Source: Thalia democratica (Eukaryota). From it: a DNA stretch of 64,000 nt. Where the stretch lies: assembly GCA_965202585.1 (NCBI GenBank), contig OZ241831.1, positions 31,248,001-31,312,000 on the forward strand, read 5' to 3'. The notes beneath the pieces are model-generated. The model had not been told where the DNA came from, searched no databases, and worked only from the letters and a program-made list of their open reading frames with translations. Made by a program: the position numbers and the translations under genes. Positions 1 to 14,115 of this stretch are shown here, one piece after another (positions within the stretch are counted from its first letter, which is position 1; the number at the start of each line of letters is the position of its first letter).

Positions 1-1882
1 CACTTACTGTCAACATAAATAAATTGTACAGTTTTAATGACAACTGATGTTTATGCATCAACGTATCTAAATATTAAAAAAAAAGTTACATGCTGTTCTT
101 TATTTTGAACCTAAGCTTTTTTTTATCTTTTTCTAGTATATATTAAAGCAACTTTTACGCGTTTAAGACCAGTTTTTCTACAAAAAGTTGTTAACCGGGC
201 CGCATTATATAAAAAGGTTTTCAACGACCTGAACTTTTTTATAATAGTTGAAGTATTTAATATAAAAATACTACTTTGCAATATGAATGTGACAAAATAA
301 GCAATAATAAATCAGTAACAAAAAAGAAGTATTAAAAGTTTGTGATACAAAAACTGTTACTTGTTATTTTCAAACCATTTTATCTATACAGAAAATTATA
401 CCCTAAGCTACAGGTTGTTGTTTTGCGCTTTTCATATAGATAGAAATTTAACAAACTTAATTAGTTTTATCAAGCAATGGTTAACTTTTTATCTAAGTCT
501 TTACATCTCTAAAGCTTTGCTAAAACCAAAAACAAAGGCATAATATATTGAAGGCAAATTTATTAACAAACCAGTATAAGACTCGACCTTTATATATACT
601 AATAACAATAAGATTTATACTGTATAATAAGATTTTTAAGACTAAATCTATACTTTTTCTTCTTACTAGCAAAACAATCTTATATAACCGTAAACATTTT
701 TAAAGTATATAATATTATTAAATACAGATAAAAGAGACCTATAAAACAATGTTTCAGCCTGTTCCCACTATATCAAGCTCAAAAATCTTAACAGTTTGAA
801 TTAATAATTATTAACTTAAATTAAACTTTTTAAAAAAATCTAAAAAGTATTTACTTTGTTTTTTAAAGGTTATATCTAATGATCATCACAGTAAAACTGA
901 ACACGTGTGACCTAATTAATCATCAACTTGATTGGCTGTCAGAGTGTTTAACAGCAAAATTTTATTTTATGTCGTGATGCTAAAACAAACTAAACTTATA
1001 CACAAAAACGTAACCACAACATATTTTCTTAAAATTATTATAACTTTGATAACTAAAAGTTTTATTTTAATTTGACACCATGTTTTAAAATATCATCAGT
1101 GTATACGTTAGGTTGAGTTTAAATATTATTAAAGACTTTTTTTAATTATTGCATAAAAATAAGTTTTTTGGGTTTAAAAATCATACTAACTAACTTGCAA
1201 ACATTTTTATCCGTTTATCGGTTTTAGGATCACTTTTTGTTGTTTTATTAGTAGTAATTGAATTTTTTATCAACATTGGCGGATAAAAATTTAGAAGTCA
1301 TCAAGTTATTATGAACCATAGTAAAAACTATGTTTTCAAATATTAGATATTTTACAAAATGCCTAATATTTTTTTCTAATAACTTTTATAAACTTCTAAA
1401 AAGTACTATATGGGTAGTAGCGTCACTTAAGCTAATCTAGTTTAAAAAAATAAAAAATTAAATTAAAGGTTTAAAAATTTATACTTTTTTTAACTACTAA
1501 AAAATCATTTTTTTTACTAAACTAAAATTTAGTTAAGTTTGAATGATAACAAATTTAATGTACTTTAATTTTTTGCTAAATCTAAAACTGCTAACAGTAT
1601 AAACACATTGTAAACAAATTTTTGAATGTTATGTAAATAAGCAAATTATTTCTAAATATCAGAAACCTGCATTATATTGAATCTATACTTTTTTAGCATA
1701 TATATATAACTGTTGTATTTAAAATGTAAGTGATGATAATAGCTATTGACGATAACTGATGATAAAAATGGTTCTTTGTTTTTAGATATACTTAGCTTAA
1801 AATAATATTTCTAAATGCTTCGAAGTATAGTTTAGTTTATTGATCGACGAAAAAAAGCACTCAAAATATTTGGTCCCTAGGA

Positions 1883-1985
1883 CCTAGTGCACGAAAAAAC
1901 CCTTTCGGTTATCCAGTCGCACACCACGGATACCTTTTAACATCTTGTCCAGGAAGTATATAAATAAGATTGAAATAAAATAAAT
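1883..1985 (+). repeat. Short interspersed repeat (SINE-like 3' core with A-rich tail), copy 1
   Basis: Core CTRGTGCAC.AA.AACC.TT..GTTAT..AGTCGCACAC.AC..A.ACC.TTTA.C.TC.TG recurs at 12420 and 25651; here it is followed by aataa-type repeats. Confidence 0.65.
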
Positions 1986-4222
1986 TCAAATTAATATTTA
2001 AGTATTGTTGTAACTGAACAAATTATTAAATTATTAGAGGCCCATACTGAAGCTAATAGCGCTAAGCTAAACACAATACTAATTTAATCGTTAACACTTC
2101 ATTACGCCATAGTTGCTTTTATTCGCCTATCAATAATATCGTGATTATATAAACAACTTCAAATAAAATACTAAAAAGATAGGGGAGGCTTGAAAGTGTT
2201 AGTCGAATTCGTAGTCTAAGTGACAAATTATTTGGCTGCTTTATATACATGCAGTTTTCTTTTGATAAACCTGTTACAGTTAATGTAATGTTACAGTCAA
2301 TTTTTGTTTGACTATGAGTTTGGTAAAGGTTGAAAAAATAGAGAATTATGAAATAAAATAAATAAAACAAGTTAACAAACTTACTCAAGCGCATCAGTAA
2401 AAAACTGCATGTATATGAATCAGCTACAAGTTCGACTGACACTTTTAAGCATCCCCTATATTTTTAGTTCTTTTAAAGTTAAAAAACTTTGGTACATTAT
2501 CACGAAAGCAAATAAAAGTTACGATTGCGTTATTAAGCATTTAGGATTAACCTAATATTATTTAGCTCAAAGGCGCAGAATAGCGAAAAGTTTTGCACTC
2601 TTGCTGCATAATATTGAAATAATTAGGTAAATTATCTATCAAAATAAATTCAGTTTTAAAGCCATGTTTCAAGAAAACCTACTTTACAAGGTCAAATAAT
2701 ATTTTAAAATGCCTACTCATTTAAATCAAAACACTTACTAATAACATTTTACAGTAATATTTCTGAATTTTCTAACTTTTATTATTAAGATATCATACAG
2801 ACAAGAAAAGCCTAAATTTAAAACATTTATAATATAAGATCTTACAAAATAATTCAAAATACAACTAAAATAAATTCTATAATAATGGAAAATAGTCCAG
2901 AATTTCGAACAATTAAAATTAGTCTACGTTTTTTTTTAACTTTAAACAAATTAGCTTATTTTTTTCAAAAAACTATCTAAAATTAAATCAATTTATATTT
3001 TTGTTAGTTTGTTTCAAGCAAAGTTGTTTTAATTTTCACTCAAACATAAATAAAAGTCAGAAATAAGCACATTATAGTCTGTTAATCAGATATCTTCGGC
3101 CCTCGATCAATTTTTTATATAAAATATAACTTCGAAACATGCTTTTAATTGAGTTGTGTTGTGAGTATAAACAGTACTTATTCGATAATAGTTCTCTTAA
3201 ACTATTGATATCATCTTTTTTTTAAATATTTAGTATAATTCATAACTACGTCAGCTTTCAAAAGACTAGTTTCTAGTTAATATGGTCAGTTATTTGTAAA
3301 TGTCTTCCGGTCCCTTGTTTTAGTTTATGCTGTTTTTTTCTTTGTTAGCCCTTGTATGCTAGATACCGCATTAAATAACGTGCAATTGTTTAAAAAATAC
3401 CTAGAAAATTAACCAATAGAAAAAAGTTTACATTTTGATACTAGGCTTATTTTTTTGTGTGAGTTTTTAAAGGTGCCATAATTGCAAAAAAAACGTTTGT
3501 TTCAGAGAAATGTTGACTTGCCTTAAACACTTAAATTAGCTATAAACTGTTAATATTTTTAAGCCATGCCTGACTTACCACTGAAGGGAAAATAAGAAAG
3601 AGTATAAAGGAACTTATAAAAAATGGGCTCATTGTGTACTTGTGTTTACTGGCTTAAACCTCTTATTTTGACGAGTGTGAAGTTAGCTTGAATAAATTTT
3701 TTTAAAAATGTCCAAACTTTAGATCCAATTATTTTCCTTATCTTAATAGCTAAATAAAAAACTATTTTTTTATTTTAGAGAGCTGTCCTTTGTCTTCAAT
3801 ATATAAAAAGTAATCCATTCGATTTGGACTTGACTTTTAGTGTGGGGCCTCTTAGAAAAAAACAGTTTTTTTTTATCAAATTTTACTTAGCTCGAATTTA
3901 AAAAATAAATAAAAAACAATTTTCTTTTTCTTTTAAAGTTTATAAAAAAATAGCAAATAAATTTTATATAACACTTTTATAAATTGTGTGTTCAATTCAA
4001 GCAATAAAATGTATAAAAAAATAATATTTCATGTTTAACTAAACGAACAAATATACTGAAAGATTACCTTTAAAATCAATTAAGCCTTCTTTATTAAAAA
4101 TTCTACATAATCAACAAAAAACATCGGAAATAGTCTGCAAAGCAAAAGCTTGGACTTTCGTTTGCAGTGAGACAAGCTCAAGTTAAACAAAAGGATTGAT
4201 CATGCCAATTCGATCATCAGAC

Positions 4223-4926
4223 CAGGGGCGTAGCGTGGGGAGGGACGCTTGCGCATAAGTGCCACCCAGAAAAAAATAAGTAAAAAAATGCAATATCTTT
4301 ATCCCTTATTGTTTTTTTTTTCTGCTTAATTTGCCTTTTTTCAACTATGTTTTTCTACTATTCGAAAAGTAAAACGAAAGTTCGAATACCAATTAGTGAC
4401 AAGTTAGGGAAATTACCCAGTATACTGATTCGGTGCTTAATTGCAAATGCGCACCGATGTTGATGAAGAACTCCATAAGGAAAAATTTTATAACTTCATT
4501 AACTTCATAAGAATTTAGACTCAAACAGTAAGCAACTAGTTAGTGCACTATAGTTAGTGTTAGATTTTTTTAGATAGACAAATGCTAACATTTTGTTAAC
4601 AAACCATAAAGCTAAACCTGTTTTATAGTGATAATGATTAAAGAATAAACAAACTGTAAAAAAATAGCATTAAACAACTGCTAATAAAATAAAAATAAAT
4701 TGATGATAAAAATAAAAAATACTAACAACATAATTAATTTAAAAGAAAAATAACAAAAAACAGAAAAAAAAAACTAAAACAAATAATAAACAAACAGTTC
4801 ATACTGTGATTACAGTTTTAATCTCACTATGACCCGAAAAATTTGCGGTCAAAAAGTTTTAATATAGGGGATTTTTTGAAAATAAATTTGCGCACCCCCT
4901 GACCAAAATACCACGCTACGCCACTG
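4223..4926. mobile_element. Non-autonomous hAT-type DNA transposon (MITE)
   Basis: Terminal inverted repeats CAGGGGCGTAGCG ... CGCTACGCCACTG; no intact ORF; 8-bp flanks (catcagac / ctacatat) do not match, so no TSD is preserved. Confidence 0.65.
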
Positions 4927-5831
4927 CTACATATACTTCAAACAAATTTGATAACTTTAAATCATGATAACTTTAAATGTTTTAAGTACTTTTAAGCTCA
5001 GACTGACTAAGGATAGACTTGTTTTTTTTTTTTAACTCAGGGTAGATTTAGTGGTTTTAAAAGCTTTGTTATAAAGCTTAGTTTCTATTAGTTTAAAAAC
5101 AATAAGAAAAATTTGTAAAAGAATTTAAAATGTTTATGATGACACATGAAATTTTAAAACTAACTCAGGACAGTTATTTTGACTCAAAGAGTGGCAAGGC
5201 AATCCTGATATCTTCAAAGTTAATTGTTTTTTGTTTTTTTTTTTGTAAAATATGTTTTATAATACTAAAGGAAAAGTAAACATTGTTTTCATTAATTTTC
5301 AGATTATTATTTAAATTAATATGCAAAGTAATATTGTATGGAATGTTGCAATTATAGAAATATGTCAGGTAGGAAAGTTATCTGAAGTTCAAAAGCTTAA
5401 AATGAAAAATAGCAGACCAACACCAGATATTACTATAACTCAAGACTGCAGTTTAAGTGGTATGAAATTTTTTATTTTAATTTTGTTTATATTTCAGATT
5501 TTCTTCATTTATTAGAATTTGTTTTGACAGTTTTATACTGTAGTATAGGTAAAAATGTAGAAGTTAAAAAAAACTAGCTCTTTAGACTTCTCCTACAAGA
5601 AATTTTAAATTTTCAATTTTAATACTAAAGTTTTAACATTTTTATATAAAAGATAAAGATATTAAGAGCTGCAACAAACTAAAAGTATGAGTTATTTTGA
5701 GTTTAATACAATTATTTTTTGTTAATATAAAATAGATATTGAACATTATTTAGAAATTCCACAGAGAAAAATCCTTTGAGGTATTAATTTTTATACTTAG
5801 TTATACTTAGTAGTACTTATTTGTAGTATAA

Positions 5832-6330
5832 GGCCATAGGGGGGTTAAGCCATGTTTTTTAGAAGTTGATCATATTTGAAATATTTCTTTTTAAGCTTTA
5901 AGAAGCTTTTTATTGTTTTAAAAAATTCGAATTATTTTTTGAGATATGACCAGTCAAAGTCGGGCGGCATAATAGGTTACCTATTGGAAGGAAAAACTAA
6001 AACAGCGAAAAAAGATTAGTTTGTTTAAAATCTATCTCCTCCTAAATTTTTCAAGCAAACTTCTTCAAACTTTAACAGTTTAATCTTTATACAATAACAG
6101 AAAAACCTTATTTGTGAATTTAAAAATTTTTAGTAAAAATATATTTTTTTTGAAAGAAAAAGACTTTTTTTTTTTTTGTGATAAAATTTTTATTTATTTT
6201 AATTATCTAAATATAATTAACATTTTTTTCTTGTAATTTAAGAAACATATTCTAAAATTTGAAGAAGATTACTTGAAAAATGAAGTAGGAGATAGATTTT
6301 TGGTAATTTTTTAAATTTTCGAGAAAATTG
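5832..6330. mobile_element. Truncated DNA-transposon end, Kolobok-like (GGCCATAGGGG terminus)
   Basis: Homologous over ~250 bp to 57410-57700, where the same terminus follows TTAA. A TTAA target with a purine-purine terminus is characteristic of Kolobok. No second end found. Confidence 0.4.
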
Positions 6331-6450
6331 ACCCGAAAAATTTGCGGTCCAAAAGTTTTAATTTAGGGGATTTTTTGAAAATAAATTTGCGCACCCCCTG
6401 ACCAAAATACAACGATACGCCACTGCTACATATACTTCAAACAAATTTGA
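6329..6450 (+). repeat. ~122-bp direct duplicate of 4830-4951
   Basis: Near-identical sequence tgacccgaaaaatttgcggtc...acgccactgctacatatacttcaaacaaatttga, including the right TIR of the 4223-4926 element plus its flank. Confidence 0.9.
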
Positions 6451-7539
6451 CAGGCAAACACTTTTTTGTAATATATAACAAGCAGCTTTTTCAAGGAAAT
6501 ATTTCTTCCGACATATAAAACACTTAGGAGTTCAAATCTAGACAATTTATAAAACTTATTCTAATATGATGAAATTAATAAAATACTTATACCTAGAATT
6601 AGAAATGGATATTTTTGAAATGTTATATAATAGTTTATAGTCATACGTTTAATATGTAGTTTACACTGCTAAATAATGTATAAATCAAAAAAATTGCTGA
6701 TAAAAATTAAAAGTTGGTTTTTATATAAAATTTGTAAGTTTGTTTAGATTCAAGGTAGAACTACTTGGTTTTTCTACCTGCACAGACTGTATTTTCATTA
6801 ATTAGTAAAATACTTAAACCAAAAATTAATAAATAAAACATGTTTACTAAATGTTATAAAACTTCTATTTTTAACTCTAATTTTAAATAAAATAAGAAAC
6901 ATTTAAAATAATATATTTCTATTCGTTTTGATAGCATTTTAATAACTTTTTTCAGAAATAATAAAATTAAATCGTATTTTTTCTATTAAAAATGATTAGT
7001 TATGTTTAATGTAATATTACTAAATTTTAACTTGTTAAAACAATATATTGAAGTATTAAAAACAGAGTAACCTATCCTTCGAAAAAAACATAAAATACAT
7101 TTAGTTTAAATTAAAAGGTACCTACTATATACCATGTATTTTTTTTAAACATTAATTTTAAACTAAAATATTAAAGAAAAAACGTCTTATTATTTCTAAT
7201 CATTTTTAAATATTTATAAACTTTTAGGCTTAGACCTCATTTTTTTTACTTTTAATTGATTAGGCAAATTCTTGAGTTAAAGTTGGCTAAAAATATTCTA
7301 AGCATATATATGACTTAGTAAAATATCATTAAAAACTTCTAAATATTTTTTTAGGTTTATATCTTAAGATCATAAATAAAAATTTGTTAGCTCGTAGGAG
7401 ATTTTAAAAGCATACTACATTAAAAATTTGTAATATCAATAATTATAACAACATTAGAAGAAACATTTAAAAAAGACAATTTCAAAGTTTTAAAGAGTTG
7501 AGTAAAATTATTTTTATTTTAGACAAACTTTTTTTTTAA

Positions 7540-8070
7540 TTATACCAATAAAGCAACTATGCTGACGTATTTGATTTAAATTCTAACCATTAATATTTTA
7601 AAAAGAGATAAGTTAAAGTTAAATTTGCTAAAATCTCACATGGTATAACTTTAATTAACATAACTACGAAGTTTCAAACGGTTTAGTTAAGAACTTTTTA
7701 TTTATTTATTATTTTTAATTATACCACTAAAGCAATTATGCTAGAGTATTTTAGCCATATTTTAACCATTTTTAATTTTAAAGTAATTAAGTCACGGCAA
7801 TTTTGCTGAAATCCAACACAGACAAACATTTCAACAGAAATATTACAAAAATTAAAAAGGTTTACTTAAGTACTATTTAAGTACTTTTTATATTTATTTT
7901 AGAATAGTTTTAAGAACTTTACATATATTAATGAAGCAACTATGCTAGCGTATTTTAGTCAATTTCAAGACATATGTAAATTAAAAAATAAACAAGCTAA
8001 AGTTTATTTTGCTAAAGTTCGACCTGAAGTTTCATTTAAATAACACAACTACAAAGTTTCAAATAGTTTA
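7540..8070. repeat. Diverged ~180-210-bp direct repeat, 3 units
   Basis: Motif aagcaa(c/t)tatgct...gtatt...ttgct(a/g)aa recurs at ~7550, ~7730 and ~7935. Confidence 0.55.
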
Positions 8071-10111
8071 TTATATTTCTTTTATATTTTAAAACAATTA
8101 GTTATTTTCTTATAAATTTTGATATACTGCGTTCATTTTAAAGCTTTTATACTTTATAAAGATTTAAATAGTTATGTTTTAATATTTTAAATATTTATAA
8201 TTATAATACAACATAAAATATATATAAATAATATAACTATAATATTATAACATAAAATATATTAATTTTATTTACAGTTATTATATCTTTTAATGTTGCA
8301 AGATTTTTTGTTTATTTTAAAATTGTCTAGTTTAGTTTATTTGAACACTCTATATTTATAACTAAATATCAAGCTAAAAATATTGTCCAGTCTGATTTTG
8401 TCCGGCAAAAAAATGACCATACCAAATTGGTTTTTTGGTTATTAAAATTTGCACCAGCTGATTTTTGACTCAATTTTAAAGTAAGTTTTTACACAATTTT
8501 ACCCTTTTTTCCGATATTAAACTGGCAAATACTTACTACAACACTTATATTTCATAATTTTCCCATTTTTTGTGAATTTTAACTATGAAAATCTAAACAT
8601 GTATAGACTTGTCATTATTCTTGGTTTTCTTTTATTTAAAAGTTAAAAATCACTGGTTAAAAAACAATGATATAATTTCCAAGTTAAACTTTAAAAAAGT
8701 TTTTTGTTGTACATGATTGGTTATCCTAATTCAATTTCATGATCGCCCCATTTTAATAAATTCAAAAGTAATCAACACTTTTTCTTGCAAACTCCTTCTT
8801 TTCTCCAAATTACTAAAATAATGTCAAAATATGGCTAATATTGCTATAGAGAAAATTTAAACTGATGTTTACTACCTTGAAAAAAAAAGGTTTATACTTT
8901 TATGCGGAATGTAAACCAAGGTTGTCACACACTCAGTATACTCAGGATATCTCGCAATATTTAAAAGTTTGATAAAATCTCAAGATGACTCAGGGTCACT
9001 AAAAAACTCAAGAAATAATAGATAATTTTGTTTTTCAACTTAGGCTGATTTGGATAAATTAGCTTTTTAACTCAAAGGACAGATCTGAATAAAATTCAGT
9101 TGATCAAGGTTCAACATTTTTCTACTTTAACAAACCAGTTTTGATCTTAAACTTGATTTTTAATAATTTTAAAATGTATACTAGTTTTTTAACTTTGTTG
9201 CTAGCTCTTAACTACTGCTACTCTATCAAATTACATTTGATAAATTTTTAAATTTAATAGAAAGTTTTGAGTTAGATTTCTTGTTCAACCAAGCGTTTAA
9301 GAGAAAGCTCTCAAATTCAAGTGTATTACCAATACAAGTTTTATAGAGTTTAGATAGGGATAAAAAAAGAGCAGTCACAAGTTTGCATTTCCATATTTCA
9401 GCCATATATAAACTGTCATCAGTTAGATCAGACATTCATTTCTAAACAAGCTTGCTGCTTCTAACCTGCTGTGCAAATAGACATTCGTATATTTTGTTGT
9501 TTAATTTAAGGTTCTTATTTAAACCTAATTTTCTTATTAAAATATTTTTTTTCTAATAAACATTATTTTTATAAATTTTAAGTAGTTAAATATTATATTA
9601 TTTTCAACAACTTTTAGAGTATATTCTCTCAAATTTAATTGTGTTTAACCCAATGTATTTAAAACACTCTTAAGCAAAGTTTTTATATTGTAATTCTTGT
9701 TTGAATGATTTTTAAATGCAATATGTTCAATAATGACATGCCTAGTTAAGTATACAGTAGCTAAAGTATTATTTAATATCCGTATTAGTTAGGTGAATAT
9801 ATCCTTTATTTTTTAAGGTCAACAATTTTTTTTAAATATCTTTTAGCAAGAAAGAATATTTTATAAGTTTACTAACATCCACAGGTTATAATTATGAAAA
9901 CTTAATAAACTATATAATTGTAGTTTAATTTATAATTTATTAAAATTACATTGTATTATATTTCCTTAATTCATAAATAAAATTGTTTTTTATAAGTTGT
10001 AAATACTTGATTTCTAAAATATTATCTTTAAATATAGCAATTTAAGAGATCAATTTTTTTATAATAAAAATGAAACAATTTAACAGCATAGTATTTTTGT
10101 CTTAAACAAAG

Positions 10112-10508
10112 CAGGGTTACCAAAAAACCTGAAATCCTGGAATTTGACATTTTAGGCTAAAAAACCCTTGAAAATGAGAAATTTTGATAAAAAAAAAGGA
10201 ATTTTGAACAAAAATATTTTAATACCTGAAATATTTAGCAAAAATCTCTCAAAAACCTCGAATTTTTTTCAATTATTATATGTGAGTAGTAAAATTTTGA
10301 TTTGATACAAAACACATTGCATAGAAAAAGATATTTTGTCAACATCAAGATTTTTTTTTTAAACACATTTCAAGAAGCTTCAAGATATCTATACAGTGTC
10401 ATTATTTTAACTTTAAACTAAAAATAGATACTAAACCTGTATTTTCAAAAACCTCATAGAAGTTTTGAAAACCAAGAGAAGATTTTCCAAAAACATTTTG
10501 CAACCCTG
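10112..10508 (+). mobile_element. MITE family A (CAGGGTTGCCA TIR, AACCTGGAA subterminal repeats)
   Basis: Ends cagggttacca / tgcaaccctg; body shared with the copies at 11932, 24966, 27491 and others. Confidence 0.75.
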
Positions 10509-10987
10509 AAAAGGCAACAAAAATAAACTCAAATTTGTACATCCAATAAGGACCCTATTGTACACTTTATTTTTATTATGCTATATCTCAAAAACTTGTT
10601 TAAAAAAATAATATCTTAAAATTAACTTGTAGCTTAGTTTAAATCCTACTAAATAAGGTCAAGTAGTGAAAAAATTTATTATTTATTTACTTACCCCTAT
10701 ACCCTTAAGTTGAATTTATCATTTTAGTATAAAAAGTTTATAAAATTAAAATAAATCTTTCTAAATAACTCAGAACAATCAGAATTTATTATAAGTTTTA
10801 GTATTTTTATTAAATTCTTTGCTCAAACAATTATACATAAGCACTTTCAAACTATTTTTGAAAATATAACCAGTTATTGTTTTTTTTTTTTTCTTCAAGT
10901 TATTTTGTAGTTGTGATGTATATAAATATATGCTACTGCTTTTAAAGCTTAGGATCTAATTTTTTATGAAAGTGTATCTCACTTTCA

Positions 10988-11391
10988 CAGTCACACACTC
11001 AGGTAACGCAGGGAATTCAGGGAAACTCAATGAACTTTCAAGTTATAAAAAATATCAGGGAAACTCAGAGAGTATTTATTCTTTTTTTTAACTCAGGAGA
11101 GCTCAGGGCAATTATGGTTTTTTCTAAAAATTTTAGGAATTTTTGAAAATCTTTGAAAATGTTTGCTATGTCTAGAAAGAGATTTAGTTAATCTAATTTC
11201 AATATTTTGTTCATAAAAAATAAATTTATTTATTTAAATGCTTATTTAGAAATTATTTAGTCTTGCGACTAGTTCTTCAATATTCTTAGAATTAACATTG
11301 GAATATTTTAATAAATAATAAAATTTCAAGGGGTTGAAAAAAACTCAGGGAAACTCAGGGAAGATTTTTTGACTCAAAGAGTGGCAACCCT
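10988..11391 (+). mobile_element. MITE family B (ACTCAGGG subterminal repeats, ...GACTCAAAGAGTGGCAACCCT end)
   Basis: Repeated actcaggg motifs and right end gactcaaagagtggcaaccct; related fragments at ~5035-5205, ~8925-9020, ~24440-24750, ~28100-28330 and ~29210-29410. Confidence 0.65.
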
Positions 11392-11931
11392 TGTATCTGC
11401 ACTTAGTTTGAAAAAAGTTTAAATATATCTAATCATATAAAAAGTAGTTTTGCATCAAAAAATACTTAAGTTTTAAAACTTTGTACTGAAGATTGTTCTA
11501 AAACTTTATTTTAAGTTATATGTATGGAGAGACCACTTAACATAAAATCCTGAAAAACTTTGAGTTTCAGAAACTTTTAAAAAATCTGAAACTCATAAAT
11601 TAGAACCAAAGTAGTATGGTATCATTATTGTTAAAAAGTTAAAAAATTGCCAGCAAGATTAATAGTTTTAGTAGTTATTTTTATGAATACTAAAAGTAAT
11701 TATTTAACAAGTAAACCCCATTGTGATACTCCATTCTAAAAAGCCTGTGTTGACTAGTAGTAGTATTTTACTAGCTGTTTTTGATTAACATATTTTTTTA
11801 TTTTGATACTAATTTTAATTTCGAAATACTCTTCCTATTATGTATTAAAGTATGATAAATTTACAAGTACAAAGTTCATTGACACCTTTAGTTATATTTG
11901 CCATTTAACCATTTAAAATTGTTAAATTAAA

Positions 11932-12336
11932 CAGGGTTGCTATTTTACCTGGAATCCAAAAAACTTGGAATTTGACAATTAAGGCAAAAAATTCTGGAAA
12001 ATTTTCGATTTTGGGAAGTATTTTAAAAAACCTGTAATTTTGAACAAAAATCAATAAGAAAACCTTAAACTTTATCAATGTTCACATGTTCAGTTGTAAA
12101 ATTTCGATTTGACTAAAAAATTCTATCATATAAATAAAAATCTTTTGTCATCATCAAAATTGTTTTTTACTAAAAAACATACTTAAAGTAGCTTTTCAGT
12201 ATCTTTTCAATGTTTTTATACTATATAGCACAGTTTTTTACCTTAAACTTAATTTTAAACTAAGATAAGTCCCAAATATGTGTATTTTTAATAATAGAAC
12301 CTGGAAAAAAATTTGAAAAAACGAGTGGCAACCCTG
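11932..12336 (+). mobile_element. MITE family A copy
   Basis: Ends cagggttgct / gtggcaaccctg; aacctggaa repeats; shared internal body. Confidence 0.8.
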
Positions 12337-12419
12337 ATAAAAAAGTTTTCTCTAAATTATATTTGATATATATAGTTTATTGAACTACAAAAAAGCGCTC
12401 AAAAAGTTTGGTTCTATAA

Positions 12420-12485
12420 CCTGGTGCACAAAAAACCTTTCAGTTATTGAGTCGCACACAACAAATACCTTTTAACATCCTGCAA
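12420..12485 (+). repeat. Short interspersed repeat, copy 2
   Basis: cctggtgcacaaaaaacctttcagttattgagtcgcacac matches the 1883 and 25651 copies. Confidence 0.65.
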
Positions 12486-13665
12486 TGATAGATTTTTTTT
12501 CTAATGTGTATTTTAACTCGCTTATTTAAACTATTTAAAATAATTGTATAACTAGGTGACTCAGAGACTTGTATAACTTTCTTTTTTCCTTAAATGCAAA
12601 CAAGCTTGAAATGTATCCATAGCCGCGAGCTAATTTTAGGAGTTTATTATGTTTTTTCTTAATTTTAATCATTTCGTGGCTTTCTTTAAACAATTAGTTC
12701 ACCTGTCCTGATAGCTAAAATTGCCCCAAGTGGTCATATTGATTATTTTAGAAAACCAGGTCTAGCTAGGTACACTACTAATAATTATCTATTACTACTA
12801 AAAAATTCTTAAAAACTTATTTCATTATCTTAGACATATGGAAGTTTTTATTTAATTAATATTAATACCCTTGTAAAAAAATAAAATCTGTATACGTAAA
12901 ACATCTTGTTGTATTTTATTTTGTTATAAACAATAAAAATCTTTAGTCAATAATGTTTATTATTTTAAGTTTGATTTAAATTGTGTGTCAGTATGTATAC
13001 AGTTGTTTTTTTACATGTATAAGCCGTAAATATAAGTTTTTTTTATATATTTAAATCTCATTGTAAAGATAAAGATTTAGTTAGTATACTTTTACTTACT
13101 GTATAAAAGATAAATAAGTTAAATTTTAAAAATTTAAGAATGTAACAAAGGAATTATACAGATAACTGAATTTGATATTAAACCTTTAAGTTTTACTTCA
13201 AATGTTTGATCATTATGCGCAAGTCTTATAATTATTTCCTGACCTTGCCGTATAAAAAAAATAAAAAAATATTTCATTAAGCTCAAATTAAGTTAGTATT
13301 TTAAATAAAGTAGTAGCTTTTTTAGAGTTGTCTAAAATTGCTATATGATCTGTTCTTAAACAAAATGATGTAACAATTACAACCAAAGTGTTTTTAAAAA
13401 GTTTTAAATTGAGTTTATTTCATGGTTTTTTATCTTATCTAAGTAACGTTGTGTCTTATAATGTCAACTGAATAAGAAAAAAAATGAAAAGTTTCAAAAA
13501 TTTAACCCTTTGATGAGTAAACTTCGATAGAAAGCTTTAAATGATTTTGAACATATATTAATTTTTAATGTTTTTTTTTTAAATACAAGCAATGGGAATC
13601 ATGAAACAAAAATATTTAGTTAATGTTTAGCTTATAAAAAAAATTGTAATTTAAAATATTTTGAC

Positions 13666-13798
13666 AAAACTTAGTAAAAAGCACTGTGTTTAGTGTTAAA
13701 AATCCAAAGCTGTCGGATTCAAATCTTCATTTTTTTTCTTTTAAATCCAACTGTCGGGGATTTTTTAACACTTAACACAGTGCTTTTTACAAAGTTTT
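13666..13798. repeat. Fold-back element (~40-bp inverted arms)
   Basis: Left arm aaaacttagtaaaaagcactgtgtttagtgttaaaaatcc is the near-perfect reverse complement of right arm ggattttttaacacttaacacagtgctttttacaaagtttt. Confidence 0.85.
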
Positions 13799-14115
13799 AC
13801 TATGGCAATATTGTTTAAAACACTATAAAGTTATTATAGTTTTATATAGAGATGTTTTTAGGGAAAATAAAGTATATTATTAATTGATTTTGGTTTCATA
13901 CAATGTAAAACTGAACAGTTTGAACAATGTAATTAATTTAAAAACTTTTAGTTTACTAACTAGTTTTTGTTGATTGAGTTTGTGAATTTTAATATCATTT
14001 TTATTAATGAAGTATTAGTATTAGTTAATAATAAATAATTTATACTTAACACAACATACGAATTTAAAAAAAGTTTAAATAAATAATACACAGGAGCTTT
14101 AAATAATAATTCAAA

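Noticed and set aside
4140-4222. Second hammerhead (CTGATGA ... GAAAGTC on the minus strand)
   Set aside because: No G-C closing pair for stem II, no convincing stem II or III, and the spacing is wrong.
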